Positions 9,132 through 19,021 of a stretch of 41,222 nt of DNA are shown one piece after another; within the stretch, counting starts at the first letter, position 1, and every line of letters starts with the position of its first letter. Under the pieces are notes generated by a model. That model did not search any database. It was given only the letters and a program-made list of their open reading frames with translations, and was not told the DNA's origin. Source of the stretch: a virus (lineage: Duplodnaviria > Caudoviricetes); the IMG/VR virus record IMGVR_UViG_3300027811_000086, positions 1 to 41,222 of that record; one strand, written 5' to 3'. Both the position numbers and the translations under genes were made by a program.

Positions 9132-10220
9132 ATGAGCACCGAAGCAACAACAAAAATGCTTGCCATGTATAAGCAAACTCCGCGGCCAACCGCATTTTTT
9201 TCATCGCAGTTTATGTCAACGCCGGAGAATTTTCATAATTCCGAGGCGGTTGAAATTGACATTCAGCGCGGCGATGAGGAGGTTGCAATCGCGGTTCAGA
9301 GCCTCGTGTCAGGGTACAATTGGAACTCCAATGATCTCTACACGAACAAGCGATTCATCCCTCCTGTTTTCAAGGAGGCCTTCGCACTCAGCGCATTTGA
9401 TATGATCAAACGCGTGCCCGGGCAGAATCCATTTGAGGATGTCGCTTTTCAGGCAAGTGCGATGCAGCAATTTCTTGCTGGTATGCTCAAGGTACAGGAC
9501 AAGATTTTGCGCACGGTTGAATTGCAAGCCGCGCAAGCCCTCCAGCTCGGCGTTGTGACACTAATCAATGCGGCTGGCACGGCAGTTTACACCATCGACT
9601 ACAAGCCGAAAGCGACGCATCGGCCCACATGTGCACCACATTGGGATGATGCAAACGCAACAATCGCGGGCGATATTGAATCACTCATGGATGTTATCCG
9701 CAATGATGGCAAAATGGATCCGGTCATTTCTATTTGGGGCATTAAAGCATTAAAAACCGCTCTTGCAGACGTGGCATTTAAAGCACTTTTTGAAACACGA
9801 CGCGCAGATATTGGATCAATTATCCCTATGGAAGACCGCGGCAATGGCGCGAAGTATCGCGGGACGGTCGACATTGGTCATTATCCGTTGGAAATCTGGA
9901 CATACGAGGGCAGGTACAAACACCCACAGACTGGCGTTATCACGCAATACATGAACCCTGTGGAAGTGCTGATTATGTGTCGCGGTGCTGATCTGCGGAT
10001 GACATGGGGCAATGTACCGATGATTCTCCCCCCGGAGCAGCGGGTTCTGCCGTTTGTTCCCCCGCGTATCAGTCGACCAGGGGCAGGCGGCATGGACCTG
10101 ATCACAAATACGTGGACGACCGCGGACGGCGAGCAACTTTTCGGTGGCGTGAGCGCGCGGCCGTTGGCTATCCCAGTGGCAATCGACACGTTCGGGTGTC
10201 TGGTGACGGGGATTGCGTAA
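9132..10220 (+). CDS. Major capsid protein, lambda E family (HK97 fold)
   Basis: VEIDI, F.PPVFKE, RTVELQAAQAL..G, SARPLAIP motifs; AAGGAG SD; synteny. Confidence 0.92.
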   Translation: MSTEATTKMLAMYKQTPRPTAFFSSQFMSTPENFHNSEAVEIDIQRGDEEVAIAVQSLVSGYNWNSNDLYTNKRFIPPVFKEAFALSAFDMIKRVPGQNPFEDVAFQASAMQQFLAGMLKVQDKILRTVELQAAQALQLGVVTLINAAGTAVYTIDYKPKATHRPTCAPHWDDANATIAGDIESLMDVIRNDGKMDPVISIWGIKALKTALADVAFKALFETRRADIGSIIPMEDRGNGAKYRGTVDIGHYPLEIWTYEGRYKHPQTGVITQYMNPVEVLIMCRGADLRMTWGNVPMILPPEQRVLPFVPPRISRPGAGGMDLITNTWTTADGEQLFGGVSARPLAIPVAIDTFGCLVTGIA

Positions 10221-10552
10221 TGAGCACATTTAAAAAAGGCCAAAAACCAGCAATTGCTCACGCGGCTGCCTCAACTTTTACAGGCACCTATAAGCAAACT
10301 ACGTCGGGCGCGCCCGAGTCCGCGCCCGAGCCCGAGCCCGAGCCCGAGCTCGCGCCTGCGCCCGCGCCCGAGCTCGCGCCCGCGCCCGCGCCCGCGCCAG
10401 CGCCCGCGCGGTATCGTATTGTCGAGGGGAAAGCGGTGACGTCGAAGCGCGGGATTCTTGGGCCAGGAGTGGAGGTCAAGGCGGAGTATCTCACCGGCGG
10501 TGCCACGAGCCTCGACGCGCTCGTGGCCGCGGGATACGTCGAGGTATATTGA
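10220..10552 (+). CDS. Small Pro-rich protein after the capsid gene (packaging accessory, FI-like position)
   Basis: ATG overlaps the capsid stop (TAATG); PE/PA linker then a compact domain ending LVAAGYVEVY; track start at 10004 considered spurious. Confidence 0.55.
   Translation: MSTFKKGQKPAIAHAAASTFTGTYKQTTSGAPESAPEPEPEPELAPAPAPELAPAPAPAPAPARYRIVEGKAVTSKRGILGPGVEVKAEYLTGGATSLDALVAAGYVEVY
10310..10409 (+). repeat. Hexamer repeat (CCCGAG/CCCGCG) encoding a PEPEPE...PAPAPA linker
   Basis: Directly visible degenerate 6-bp tandem repeat in coding frame. Confidence 0.85.
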
Positions 10553-10555
10553 GAG

Positions 10556-10939
10556 ATGGGACTACGAGCAGAAGCAGAGGCGATGTTGGAGGAAACTTTA
10601 GAGGATGAAGATCTTTTCGGGTGGCCTTTGACCATTACTGATCCAAGCGGATTCAGTGCGCATTTATCAGGAGGATTCACTGATATTTCGCGCGTGATAG
10701 ACCCGGAAACAGGAGTTGCTGTTACGGGGCGCCTCGCTTCTGCTGTAGTTCGCCTTTCAACACTTTCTCTTGAGGGTTTCACGGCGATTCCGCGGGGGAT
10801 TTCCGAGAGTACCTCAAAGCCTTGGCGGGTTGATACCGTAGACATCAACGGTAACGCTTGTACTTTTAAGGTACAAGAGTCAAATCCTGATCGAGCACTT
10901 GGTGTTGTGGTTTTGATATTGGAGTTGTACACGCCATGA
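10556..10939 (+). CDS. Head-tail adaptor / head closure protein
   Basis: 127 aa beta-rich protein, IDPETG..V.G motif, position between head and tail genes. Confidence 0.6.
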   Translation: MGLRAEAEAMLEETLEDEDLFGWPLTITDPSGFSAHLSGGFTDISRVIDPETGVAVTGRLASAVVRLSTLSLEGFTAIPRGISESTSKPWRVDTVDINGNACTFKVQESNPDRALGVVVLILELYTP

Positions 10940-11595
10940 CATTAGCGCTGATAGATAAACAAGACGGGTTCGAGATCATTCGCGATAAAATCGCAGCGAT
11001 TCTTGTTGCGGAAATTGCACAACAACAGATACTTGCGGCGGCGGCTGGAAAAGACGCGACTCTTTGGAAAGTGCGAATTTACTCTGAGCGATCAAATGCA
11101 TGGGAACAATGGCTTGATGACCAAATAGATGTAAGCCCGATATGTAATATTTGGTTTGATAGTGCAGCGTATTCGGAGAGTAGCGGTAATGTAGTGAGTC
11201 GGCAAACAAGCACCTCTTTATTTAATCTCGATTGCTACGGATACGGGATTGCAAAGAGCGCAGTGATTGGGCACACACTCGGAGATCAGGAAGCCGCTGC
11301 CACGACACATCGCGCAGTCAGATTGATTCGTAATATTCTCATGGCCGCAGAGAATACCTATCTAGGTTTGCGCGGTACAGTAGGACAGCGTTGGCTGCAA
11401 TCAATTACGGTATACCAGCCAGAATTTCAGGGCCAAGCAATTCAGCAAATTGTAGGCGCGAGACTTGCTTTGCGGGTTTCGCACAATGAACTATCGCCGC
11501 AAGTTGCGGCAGAAACATTGGAGTATATTTCTGTGACGGTCAAACGGTCGCCAAGCGGCGAAGTTATTTTGACGGCAGAATATGACTTTTCATGA
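10936..11595 (+). CDS. Neck / tail completion protein
   Basis: FEIIRDKIAAIL N-terminus; directly upstream of the sheath gene. Confidence 0.6.
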   Translation: MTLALIDKQDGFEIIRDKIAAILVAEIAQQQILAAAAGKDATLWKVRIYSERSNAWEQWLDDQIDVSPICNIWFDSAAYSESSGNVVSRQTSTSLFNLDCYGYGIAKSAVIGHTLGDQEAAATTHRAVRLIRNILMAAENTYLGLRGTVGQRWLQSITVYQPEFQGQAIQQIVGARLALRVSHNELSPQVAAETLEYISVTVKRSPSGEVILTAEYDFS

Positions 11596-11603
11596 GGTGA
11601 AAA

Positions 11604-13112
11604 ATGACGATCAGTACGGCGATAGATGCCAGCGCAGTTGCACGAGTTCTTGGCATCAAAACAGAATACAAGAATTTAAATCCGGGGAGTGTGTACTATC
11701 TTCCGCAGAGGATTGCGCTCATTGGGCAGGGAACAACGGCTGCCCAATCGAGCTACGATAATTTGAAACGGCAAGTATACACGGCATTAGAGGTGGGCCA
11801 GACATACGGGTTTGGATCACCTTTGCATCTTGCTGCAATGCAATTGCTTCCAATAAATGGCGATGGGATCGGTACAATCCCGTTGACCGTTTACCCGCTC
11901 GATGACGGTGGAGGGTCCGCTGCGGCTGTGGGGGACATCACACCATCAATTGGAACGCTTGTCGCATCGAGCTACATCATTCGCGCGAACAACATCAACT
12001 CCGAGGCATTGTCAATTGTGGTGGGTGACACCGTTCCGACAATTATTGCGAAAGGGATTGCAGCAATTAACGCGGTTGCCGCAATGCCGATTATTGCAAG
12101 TGACGGAACAACTAAGATTACAGTAACCAGTAAATGGCAGGGACTTTCTGCTAATGATATCGTGCTCGAAATAATCGGCCCTCTGCCTTCCGTGTCCGGT
12201 GTTACCTGGGCACTCACGCAGCCAGTTGGTGGGCTCGTCAATCCTACAGTGGATTCGGCGCTTGCACAAATCGGGAACGTGTGGGAGACGATGATTCTCA
12301 ACTGTTTGCCCATTGCGGATACTGTTGCACTTGGAGCCTATGCAACTTTTGGAGAAGGGCGTTGGGGAGCACTGGTTAACAAGCCGCTTGTAGTTTTTAC
12401 GGGATGCAATTTAAGTTCTGTTGCGCTTTGTACGGCGGTATCCGACGCGCGCAAAACAGATCGAACGAACAGCGTGCTCACGGCGCCTTCATCGAAAGAC
12501 CTTCCCTTCGTTATTGCTGCACGGCAGCTCGCACGGATTGCGGTGATGGCAAACAATAATCCCCCACATGATTATGGATCGCTAGCGGCGACTGGTCTTG
12601 TCCCCGGGGTCGATTCGAGTCAATGGGATTTTACAATGCGCGATTCCGCAGTGAAGCTTGGAGCATCTACTATTGAGTCTGAAGATGGTGTTGTTTATCT
12701 CAGCGACATTATAACAATGTACCATCCTACGGGCGATGTAATGCCGGCGTATCGTTACGTTGTCGACATTGTTAAATTACAAAATGTTATTTTCAACGTA
12801 GATCTTCTTCTCGACACGGCCGAATGGGACGGTGCGCCGTTGCTTCCCGATTCTCAGCCAACGACAAATCCGACAGTTAAAAAACCAAAGATGGCGAAAG
12901 CCGCCGTTGCGGCGCTCATCGACGAGCTCGGGCTCGATGCAATTATCAGTGATCCTGCTACGGCGAAGGCGAGTATTCAGGCGGGGATTAACGGGACGAA
13001 TCCGAAGCGGCTAGATCTCGCCATGACTGTTGCGGTGAGTGGAAATGTAAATGTAAAATCTGTTGACTTGTTCTTCGGGTTTTATTTTGGAACGAGTGAG
13101 GTGGTATCATGA
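11604..13112 (+). CDS. Tail sheath protein (Mu gpL-like)
   Basis: RIALIGQ, YGFGSPLH, T.KWQG.SAND, ITMY, NPKRLD motifs; 502 aa; GAGGTG SD. Confidence 0.9.
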   Translation: MTISTAIDASAVARVLGIKTEYKNLNPGSVYYLPQRIALIGQGTTAAQSSYDNLKRQVYTALEVGQTYGFGSPLHLAAMQLLPINGDGIGTIPLTVYPLDDGGGSAAAVGDITPSIGTLVASSYIIRANNINSEALSIVVGDTVPTIIAKGIAAINAVAAMPIIASDGTTKITVTSKWQGLSANDIVLEIIGPLPSVSGVTWALTQPVGGLVNPTVDSALAQIGNVWETMILNCLPIADTVALGAYATFGEGRWGALVNKPLVVFTGCNLSSVALCTAVSDARKTDRTNSVLTAPSSKDLPFVIAARQLARIAVMANNNPPHDYGSLAATGLVPGVDSSQWDFTMRDSAVKLGASTIESEDGVVYLSDIITMYHPTGDVMPAYRYVVDIVKLQNVIFNVDLLLDTAEWDGAPLLPDSQPTTNPTVKKPKMAKAAVAALIDELGLDAIISDPATAKASIQAGINGTNPKRLDLAMTVAVSGNVNVKSVDLFFGFYFGTSEVVS

Positions 13113-13492
13113 CAGCCATCGGCGGATCGATAGAAGAAATTTCTTTTGCAGGTCGTGTTTTTGCGGTGCCTGCCGACAACGAGGCGCAACTCAAGGTAGG
13201 TGGCTTTGAAAACGAGGTGCAGGCAAACGGCAACGGTACGGCGCGTCTTATCAAGACACGCGTGCCAAATGCAGTGGCTGGGCTCACGGTAGAAATTGAT
13301 CATACAAACGGTGATCTTCAATTTTTGCAGTTGCGTGCAAATTCAAAAATTTTTGAGGTGCTGTCAATCACGCTGGTGGACGGATCTGTTTATCAAGGCC
13401 TTGCGCAAATTGTTGGTGAGCTGCAGGCGAGTTCTCAGAGCGCGACGGCAAGCGTTAGCTTCGCTGGGCCTGGCGAGCTCACGAAGCAATAG
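13109..13492 (+). CDS. Tail tube protein (Mu gpM-like)
   Basis: 127 aa after the sheath; GGFENE and ITLVDGSVY motifs; GAGGTGG SD. Confidence 0.8.
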   Translation: MTAIGGSIEEISFAGRVFAVPADNEAQLKVGGFENEVQANGNGTARLIKTRVPNAVAGLTVEIDHTNGDLQFLQLRANSKIFEVLSITLVDGSVYQGLAQIVGELQASSQSATASVSFAGPGELTKQ

Positions 13493-13579
13493 TAGGGGAA
13501 GTATTGTGCCGCGCGGGTTAGCCCCTAGCCCTTTAGCCATGCGGCGCGCGGCACCTATTTTTGATAGGGGCACGATGAG
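13493..13579 (+). promoter_or_regulatory. Structured intergenic RNA element (hairpin, terminator/attenuator or RBS-sequestering switch)
   Basis: Perfect 10-bp inverted repeat GTGCCGCGCG (13506-13515) / CGCGCGGCAC (13545-13554) followed by CTATTTTT; loop GCCCCTA is complementary to the RBS region TAGGGGC (13565-13571). Confidence 0.55.
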
Positions 13580-13984
13580 ATGAAAAAAGAAATAGTAGAC
13601 AGGCACACAGCGGAACAAGAATTTGAGCGATTCGCAGAGGCGATGGATATCGATCTCGATTTCACCGGGCTCGATGAAAACGATCGCCGTGATTCCGAGC
13701 GCGACCGCCAAATTTTTGTCAAGGCGGTGATGGCCGGGAGGCTCGCGGTAGATGCCGAGGGGCGCCCTGTATTCACGCCGAAGGGAGGAGCTACGGCCAT
13801 CACTTTCGGCGAGCCTAAAGGGCACGCGCTTGTGGCGATGGACAACGTCAAAAAAAGTCGAGATGTCGGAAAGATGTTCGCGTCGATGGCCGACATGACC
13901 GGGACTTCGGCGGCGACATTTTCCGGTATGGGCATGGCAGATCTGAAAATCTGCATGGCGATCTGGACACTTTTTTTGGCGTAA
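13580..13984 (+). CDS. Tail assembly chaperone (gpG equivalent)
   Basis: Between tube and tape measure; ends at slippery run CTTTTTTTG. Confidence 0.8.
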   Translation: MKKEIVDRHTAEQEFERFAEAMDIDLDFTGLDENDRRDSERDRQIFVKAVMAGRLAVDAEGRPVFTPKGGATAITFGEPKGHALVAMDNVKKSRDVGKMFASMADMTGTSAATFSGMGMADLKICMAIWTLFLA

Positions 13985-14196
13985 TAACCGCGCCGCTATT
14001 GGTTCGCGGCGGCGTGGAGATACAGTTGGCGAATGGAAATCATACGCGGATTGGAGTGTATAGCGAAATGCTTTTACAGATCATGCGTGATTATCCTGCC
14101 CTTGGAGATTGGCGCGAGCTGACTGCTGCTGAGATTCGTTTTTTTTATGACGGCTTAAGGGCCGAGCTTAAAAAGGCTACGCGCCCACATGGCTAA
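13972..14196 (+). CDS. -1 frameshift extension of the tail chaperone (gpGT equivalent)
   Basis: T TTT TTG heptamer at 13972-13978; the -1 frame is open from there (FFGVITAPLLVRGG...) to 14196; GC hairpin 13988-14017. Confidence 0.75.
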   Translation, partial: FFGVITAPLLVRGGVEIQLANGNHTRIGVYSEMLLQIMRDYPALGDWRELTAAEIRFFYDGLRAELKKATRPHG

Positions 14197-16495
14197 AAAA
14201 TTTGAAATAGAAGCGATATTTCGTGCGATTGATCGCGTGACAAAACCAATCTCGCGAATGCAGGCAGGCATCGGGCGTTTTGCGCGTGCGGCCGAGGCGC
14301 ATCTTAAAGGGGTTGCCCGCGCTGGTCGCGCGATAGGTACGGGAATTCGTAAAGGATTAACTATAGCCGCTGCTGCTATGACGGCGTTTGGTGTGGCCGC
14401 GTGGAAGGTAATCCAAGTCGGAGCAGATTTTGAAAAAACATTCACGCTTGCAATACAGAAATTTCCTGGTAATATTCAGCGCGGGTCAGCGGAATTTAAA
14501 CTACTGGAAAAAGCTGTTTTAGATGTGGGGCGCTCGACAGAGTTTACTGGCACACAGGCAACTGCTGCATTGGATGTATTAGGCAGGGAGGGATATAAAG
14601 CAACACAAGCAGTTGCGCTATTACCTGGTGTAATAGATTTTGCGACGACATCAGGAATGGATTTAGCGGAAGGAACGGATGCACTATCTAAAGGGTTGAA
14701 GGTATTTGGACTTGCGACGGAAGACACCACACAATTACAAATAAACTTGACGCGTGTAATGGACGTATTAAAAACAGTTGCTAATTCAACCACACTGACA
14801 TTTGAAGATATATATGAAGGAATGAAAGCAGGCGGATCTGTTGCACGAGATTTCGGGCAAAACATCGAAACTGTTTCGGCAGTATTGGCTGGATTTGAAG
14901 AGGCGGGAATCGAAGGTGGCAAAGCGGGAATGATGCTACGCCAAATGATGTTTCGATTAATCAGCCCAGCAAAAAATGCAATGCAGCAGTTTAATAGGTT
15001 TCATATAAAAATAAAAGATGCGCGTGGCAATATGCGAGATTTTGTTGATATTCTTTCTGATTTAGATAAAGCAACAGGCAAACTCGGTAACGCGCAACGC
15101 GCGAAAGTATTGACGGATATTTTTAGCGTGCGAAGTGCAACTGGAGCTATTGCTTTGCTGCAAGTAGGAACGGATAAACTAGAGGGATTTAGGAAGAAAT
15201 TTGGTGAGGCCGGTGGTACTGTTGCGCGTTCTGCTGAGCAAATGCGCGGTACTATGAGCGGGTCTATTGATCAGCTAAAATCATCGATTGAAAGTCTTAA
15301 GCTGGCAATTTTTAATTTTAAGGATCGCGCAATAGGAGGAGTTATTAAACGTGTTACCGAATGGATACGCGCGAATGAGCAACTTATTGCGTCGAAAATA
15401 AATGAATGGCTCGATTATATTATTAAAAATTTTGGCAAAATAATTAGTGTACTTAAAAGAGTAGGTATTGCGGTTGCTATTGTTTGGGGATTAGTTAAAG
15501 CAGTGCAGGCGCTACATGGCGCATTGATTGTTATAAATCTTATTATGGCCGCAAATCCAATAGTGTTAATTATTATGGGAATTGTTATTGCGATAGCGGT
15601 TGCGGCTGCGCTCATTATTACACATTGGACTGAGGTAAAAGCATTTTTTATTTCCGCAGGAGAAAAAATAAAAGCTGCTTGGGATACTGTAGCAGAAGCG
15701 CTGAAAGCCCCATGGGCAGCCGTAAAGGATTTCTTTCAAAGTCTGTGGGAAGACATCATAGACATTTGGAATTCGGCGGTTGATTATTTACTAAATACTG
15801 GACCAATATCATGGCTTCTTTTTGGCGTGTCACTTATTATGGATAATTGGCAACCTATCTCGAATTTTTTTAAAACCCTGTGGGAAGACATCATAGACAT
15901 TTGGAATTCGGCGGTTGATTATTTACTAAATACTGGCCCACTTTCCTGGCTTATTGATTGGGTTGGTTTTCTTATTGATAATTGGAGACCAATAGCAGGA
16001 TTTTTTGAATGGTGTTTTTCTACGTCGTATAAAATAATTTCGGGGATTATTGAGTTTATAAAAAGTCCGATAGGATGGTTTATTGATGCGGCGAAAACAC
16101 TGTTAGATAAATGGTTCCCTGTAGGGAGCATGTTTCGGAAAGTATGGGATGGTGTAGTAAACACTTTCCGTAGAGCATTGGAAAAAATCAAAGGATTTTT
16201 CGCACCAATAGTTAAGATTTACGATCGGTTTATGCAGTACAAAAAGGACGTCGTAAATGAAAGGTTTGGTGGCTTGCGAATCTCTACAGATAAAAACGAA
16301 GAAGCGCGAGACATGAGCGCTGGTCAAGCGCAACTTGTGAGCCCTCAAGAGCGCGCGGCGAAAGAGATTGAGGAGTATGTTTCGACTGTGACGAATCGCT
16401 CGGAAGTAACGATCAAGGACGAGACGGGACGCGCCGAAGTGACCAAAGGAAAACTCGGCACGGGATTGACCTTGCAACCAACAGGATATTTTTAA
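14189..16495 (+). CDS. Tape measure protein, TP901 family core
   Basis: STEFTGTQA..AL..L..EG, LPGVIDFA, AGIEGGKAG..LR, D.RGNMRD core; Trp-periodic C-terminal repeats. Confidence 0.92.
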   Translation: MAKKFEIEAIFRAIDRVTKPISRMQAGIGRFARAAEAHLKGVARAGRAIGTGIRKGLTIAAAAMTAFGVAAWKVIQVGADFEKTFTLAIQKFPGNIQRGSAEFKLLEKAVLDVGRSTEFTGTQATAALDVLGREGYKATQAVALLPGVIDFATTSGMDLAEGTDALSKGLKVFGLATEDTTQLQINLTRVMDVLKTVANSTTLTFEDIYEGMKAGGSVARDFGQNIETVSAVLAGFEEAGIEGGKAGMMLRQMMFRLISPAKNAMQQFNRFHIKIKDARGNMRDFVDILSDLDKATGKLGNAQRAKVLTDIFSVRSATGAIALLQVGTDKLEGFRKKFGEAGGTVARSAEQMRGTMSGSIDQLKSSIESLKLAIFNFKDRAIGGVIKRVTEWIRANEQLIASKINEWLDYIIKNFGKIISVLKRVGIAVAIVWGLVKAVQALHGALIVINLIMAANPIVLIIMGIVIAIAVAAALIITHWTEVKAFFISAGEKIKAAWDTVAEALKAPWAAVKDFFQSLWEDIIDIWNSAVDYLLNTGPISWLLFGVSLIMDNWQPISNFFKTLWEDIIDIWNSAVDYLLNTGPLSWLIDWVGFLIDNWRPIAGFFEWCFSTSYKIISGIIEFIKSPIGWFIDAAKTLLDKWFPVGSMFRKVWDGVVNTFRRALEKIKGFFAPIVKIYDRFMQYKKDVVNERFGGLRISTDKNEEARDMSAGQAQLVSPQERAAKEIEEYVSTVTNRSEVTIKDETGRAEVTKGKLGTGLTLQPTGYF
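15743..15936 (+). repeat. Perfect 59-bp direct repeat inside the tape measure gene (period 135 bp, 45 aa)
   Basis: CTGTGGGAAGACATCATAGACATTTGGAATTCGGCGGTTGATTATTTACTAAATACTGG at 15743-15801 and 15878-15936. Confidence 0.92.
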
Positions 16496-16497
16496 AC

Positions 16498-17985
16498 ATG
16501 GGTTTTATTGATAAATTAAAAAGTGCTGCTGGATTTGGGGATGAGTTAGCGCCCGAAGTGTCTTGGGAGAATCGGTTGCTTGAGGCCGCGTACACGCCTC
16601 CTTCTGGTTTGCGTATTACGTTTGATTATCAAGATCTTTCGCAGACCGTCGAAAAGAAAACTTCCGCGTTTGAATTCCCGGATGCTGAGGGTACACTTGT
16701 TCAAGATCACGGTATGGCTGGCCGGCGGTTCCCGTGGCGTATTTTTTTCTCTGGGCCCGACTGCGATATGCAGGCAAAAGTATTCGAGGCGGCGCTCATG
16801 GAGCGAGGAATAGGCGTGCTCGAGACACCTCTTTATGGGCAGTATGATGTTATCCCCTTCGGGGATATTTCGCGGCGAGATGATCTGGTTACTGCGGCGA
16901 ATCAGGTTGTTTTTGAGGTGACCTTTTTTTCTACGCTCGGTTCTGCTTACCCCGCCGTGCAGGATGATCCGGCGAGCGCCGTGCTCACTGCGCTTGATCT
17001 CTTCGGGGATGCCAGCGGGGCGGAGTTTGCTAGCTCCCTCGACCTCGGTAGCGCGGCAGAGGAGGCAGGGCTGCTCGACACAATCAACGGGCTTGTAGCC
17101 GACGTCGGCGATAAACTCGATAGGATTGCCGCGTGTCAGGCGGTAGTCAAAGACGAGTTTGATGACATCGTGGCCACGATCAACGCGACGATTGATACGC
17201 TCGTAGCGCAGCCACTCGCGCTTGCGTGGTCAACGAAGCAAATGATTCAGGCGCCGGCAACCGCGCTTGCGGACGTGACCGCGCGACTTGATGCCTACAG
17301 CAATCTCGCGGCGAACATATTTGGAGCTTCTGACGCTGTGTCGCCAACAGGTGGCCCCGGCGGGCTCGGCCCGCATATTGACAGCAAAACAGGCGTCGGT
17401 AATGATGCGCAGGAACCCAACAAATTTCATGCGCGGGATCTATTCGCACAACTCTACATCACCGGGCTTATTCTGTCGGTGCTCTACACGAACACGACGA
17501 AAGGCTCTGCGGGCGCAATCCCTAACGTGAGCCGACGGCGCGCGGACACAAACAAAACAAACACGGGACGAAATAGTTTTGAGACCGCGCCGCAGGCGCT
17601 TGCCGCCGCGGAAGTTATTTTGGCGCAGTTGGACGCTTTGGCGGCATGGCGGGATGAAAATTATGAGTCGATTTCTGGGGGGAATTTATCCGCACCAGCA
17701 CAAGCGGATTTTATTTCTTCACCGGGGAATACAGATCAAGGTTTAGCATTCCGCTATTTAAGTGATGCGGCTGCGCTCGCTGCTGGTTTTCTAATTGATT
17801 TGTCGTTTTCTCTCGCGAAAGAACGGAAGTTTATTTTAGACAGACCGCGGTCTATTATAGATTTGACTGCGGAGTTGTATGGAAATGTAGATGACAATTT
17901 AGATTTTTTCATTGATTCAAATCACCTGAACGGGGATGAAATTTTTGAATTACCGAAAGGACGACAAATTGTCTACTATGTTTGA
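16498..17985 (+). CDS. DNA circularization-like protein (Mu gpN-like N-terminal domain, LysM-like C-terminus)
   Basis: SWENRLLEA, FEFP..EG..VQDHG..GRRF, G.GVLE.PLYG N-terminal signature; C-terminal LTAELYG...N.L...LPKG. Confidence 0.8.
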   Translation: MGFIDKLKSAAGFGDELAPEVSWENRLLEAAYTPPSGLRITFDYQDLSQTVEKKTSAFEFPDAEGTLVQDHGMAGRRFPWRIFFSGPDCDMQAKVFEAALMERGIGVLETPLYGQYDVIPFGDISRRDDLVTAANQVVFEVTFFSTLGSAYPAVQDDPASAVLTALDLFGDASGAEFASSLDLGSAAEEAGLLDTINGLVADVGDKLDRIAACQAVVKDEFDDIVATINATIDTLVAQPLALAWSTKQMIQAPATALADVTARLDAYSNLAANIFGASDAVSPTGGPGGLGPHIDSKTGVGNDAQEPNKFHARDLFAQLYITGLILSVLYTNTTKGSAGAIPNVSRRRADTNKTNTGRNSFETAPQALAAAEVILAQLDALAAWRDENYESISGGNLSAPAQADFISSPGNTDQGLAFRYLSDAAALAAGFLIDLSFSLAKERKFILDRPRSIIDLTAELYGNVDDNLDFFIDSNHLNGDEIFELPKGRQIVYYV

Positions 17986-19021
17986 TAATGAGGTTGCTGT
18001 GTTGATCGACGGCAAACGTTTTCGCTATTGGAGTCGTATCAAGATAAACTTAGCGATAGATAATATCGCGACGACCGAAATAGAGGCGCCCTTCGATCCT
18101 GACGATTGGGTATTTACCGATACTTTTAAACCGTTGTCGTATAAACCCTTTGGTGTTTCGATCAACGACAAAACATTTTTTACGGGGACAATGGTTCCTG
18201 TAAATCCCAAACTTGAATCAAATAGCAGCGAGATAGCCGCGGGCGCGTATTCGTTGCCTGGTATTCTGACAGAGTGTTCGGAGCCGATTACGGCATTTCC
18301 CTTGGAATTAAAAAAACAAAATTTGAGGGACATCGCAGTTAAGCTTTTAAAACCGTTCAATCTCGTTGTGGACATGCGCGGAGATCCAGGGTCAGTATTC
18401 GATAAGGTGGCAATCAAACCGGAAAATAAAGTATTACCGTTTCTTGTTGAGCTTGCGCAGCAGCGTGGGTATGTGATTTCAAGTTCTGAGGTAGGGGATC
18501 TTGTTTTTTGGCGCGCGGTTGAAGCAGGCGAGCCGGTTGCGCTGTTGGAACAGGGGATGCCTCCGATGACACGCGTCGAGCCGGCGGTGAGTCCCGCCGA
18601 GTACTATTCGGAAATCACGGGGGTCAAACCAATACGTGTGCGATCAAAAACAAGCAAAAGTTTTACGGTTAAAAATTCTTTTCTTCCTGGGATATTTCGT
18701 CCATTTATTTTTTCAATTCCTCAAGGAAAAGATATTGATTTAGAGCAAGCGGTTCGTGCGAAGACATCACGAATGTACGCTAACGTTGTTGCTTATAGCG
18801 TTGATGTCGCGACGTGGAGGGATTCTCACGGGGAACTATGGGCGCCTAATACTGTGGTGCGACTGCGGGCGCCCGGCGCCATGGTTTACGATTATCATGA
18901 TTTTATTATTCGTTCTGTCGCGTTTGAAAAAGACAAAGAAAAAGAAATGGCAACTCTTGATTTAATGCTGCCCGGTTCTTTTGGGACAACGGAGCCAGGA
19001 GGCCTACCATGGGAGCGCTAG
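17978..19021 (+). CDS. Baseplate hub protein (Mu gpP/gp44-like)
   Basis: V..LIDGKRF..W, LA.QRG..I.S...GDLV, WRD..GELWAPN motifs; ATG 17978 overlaps the upstream stop. Confidence 0.85.
   Translation: MFDNEVAVLIDGKRFRYWSRIKINLAIDNIATTEIEAPFDPDDWVFTDTFKPLSYKPFGVSINDKTFFTGTMVPVNPKLESNSSEIAAGAYSLPGILTECSEPITAFPLELKKQNLRDIAVKLLKPFNLVVDMRGDPGSVFDKVAIKPENKVLPFLVELAQQRGYVISSSEVGDLVFWRAVEAGEPVALLEQGMPPMTRVEPAVSPAEYYSEITGVKPIRVRSKTSKSFTVKNSFLPGIFRPFIFSIPQGKDIDLEQAVRAKTSRMYANVVAYSVDVATWRDSHGELWAPNTVVRLRAPGAMVYDYHDFIIRSVAFEKDKEKEMATLDLMLPGSFGTTEPGGLPWER

Noticed and set aside
10310-10409. GC-rich hexamer repeat as a second GGC-type array
   Set aside because: The period is 6, it is in frame, and it encodes a Pro-Glu/Pro-Ala linker
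15743-15936. 59-bp repeat pair as a diversity-generating retroelement TR/VR or att sites
   Set aside because: The copies are identical with no adenine-specific differences, both lie in frame in the tape measure, and no reverse transcriptase or integrase is in the window
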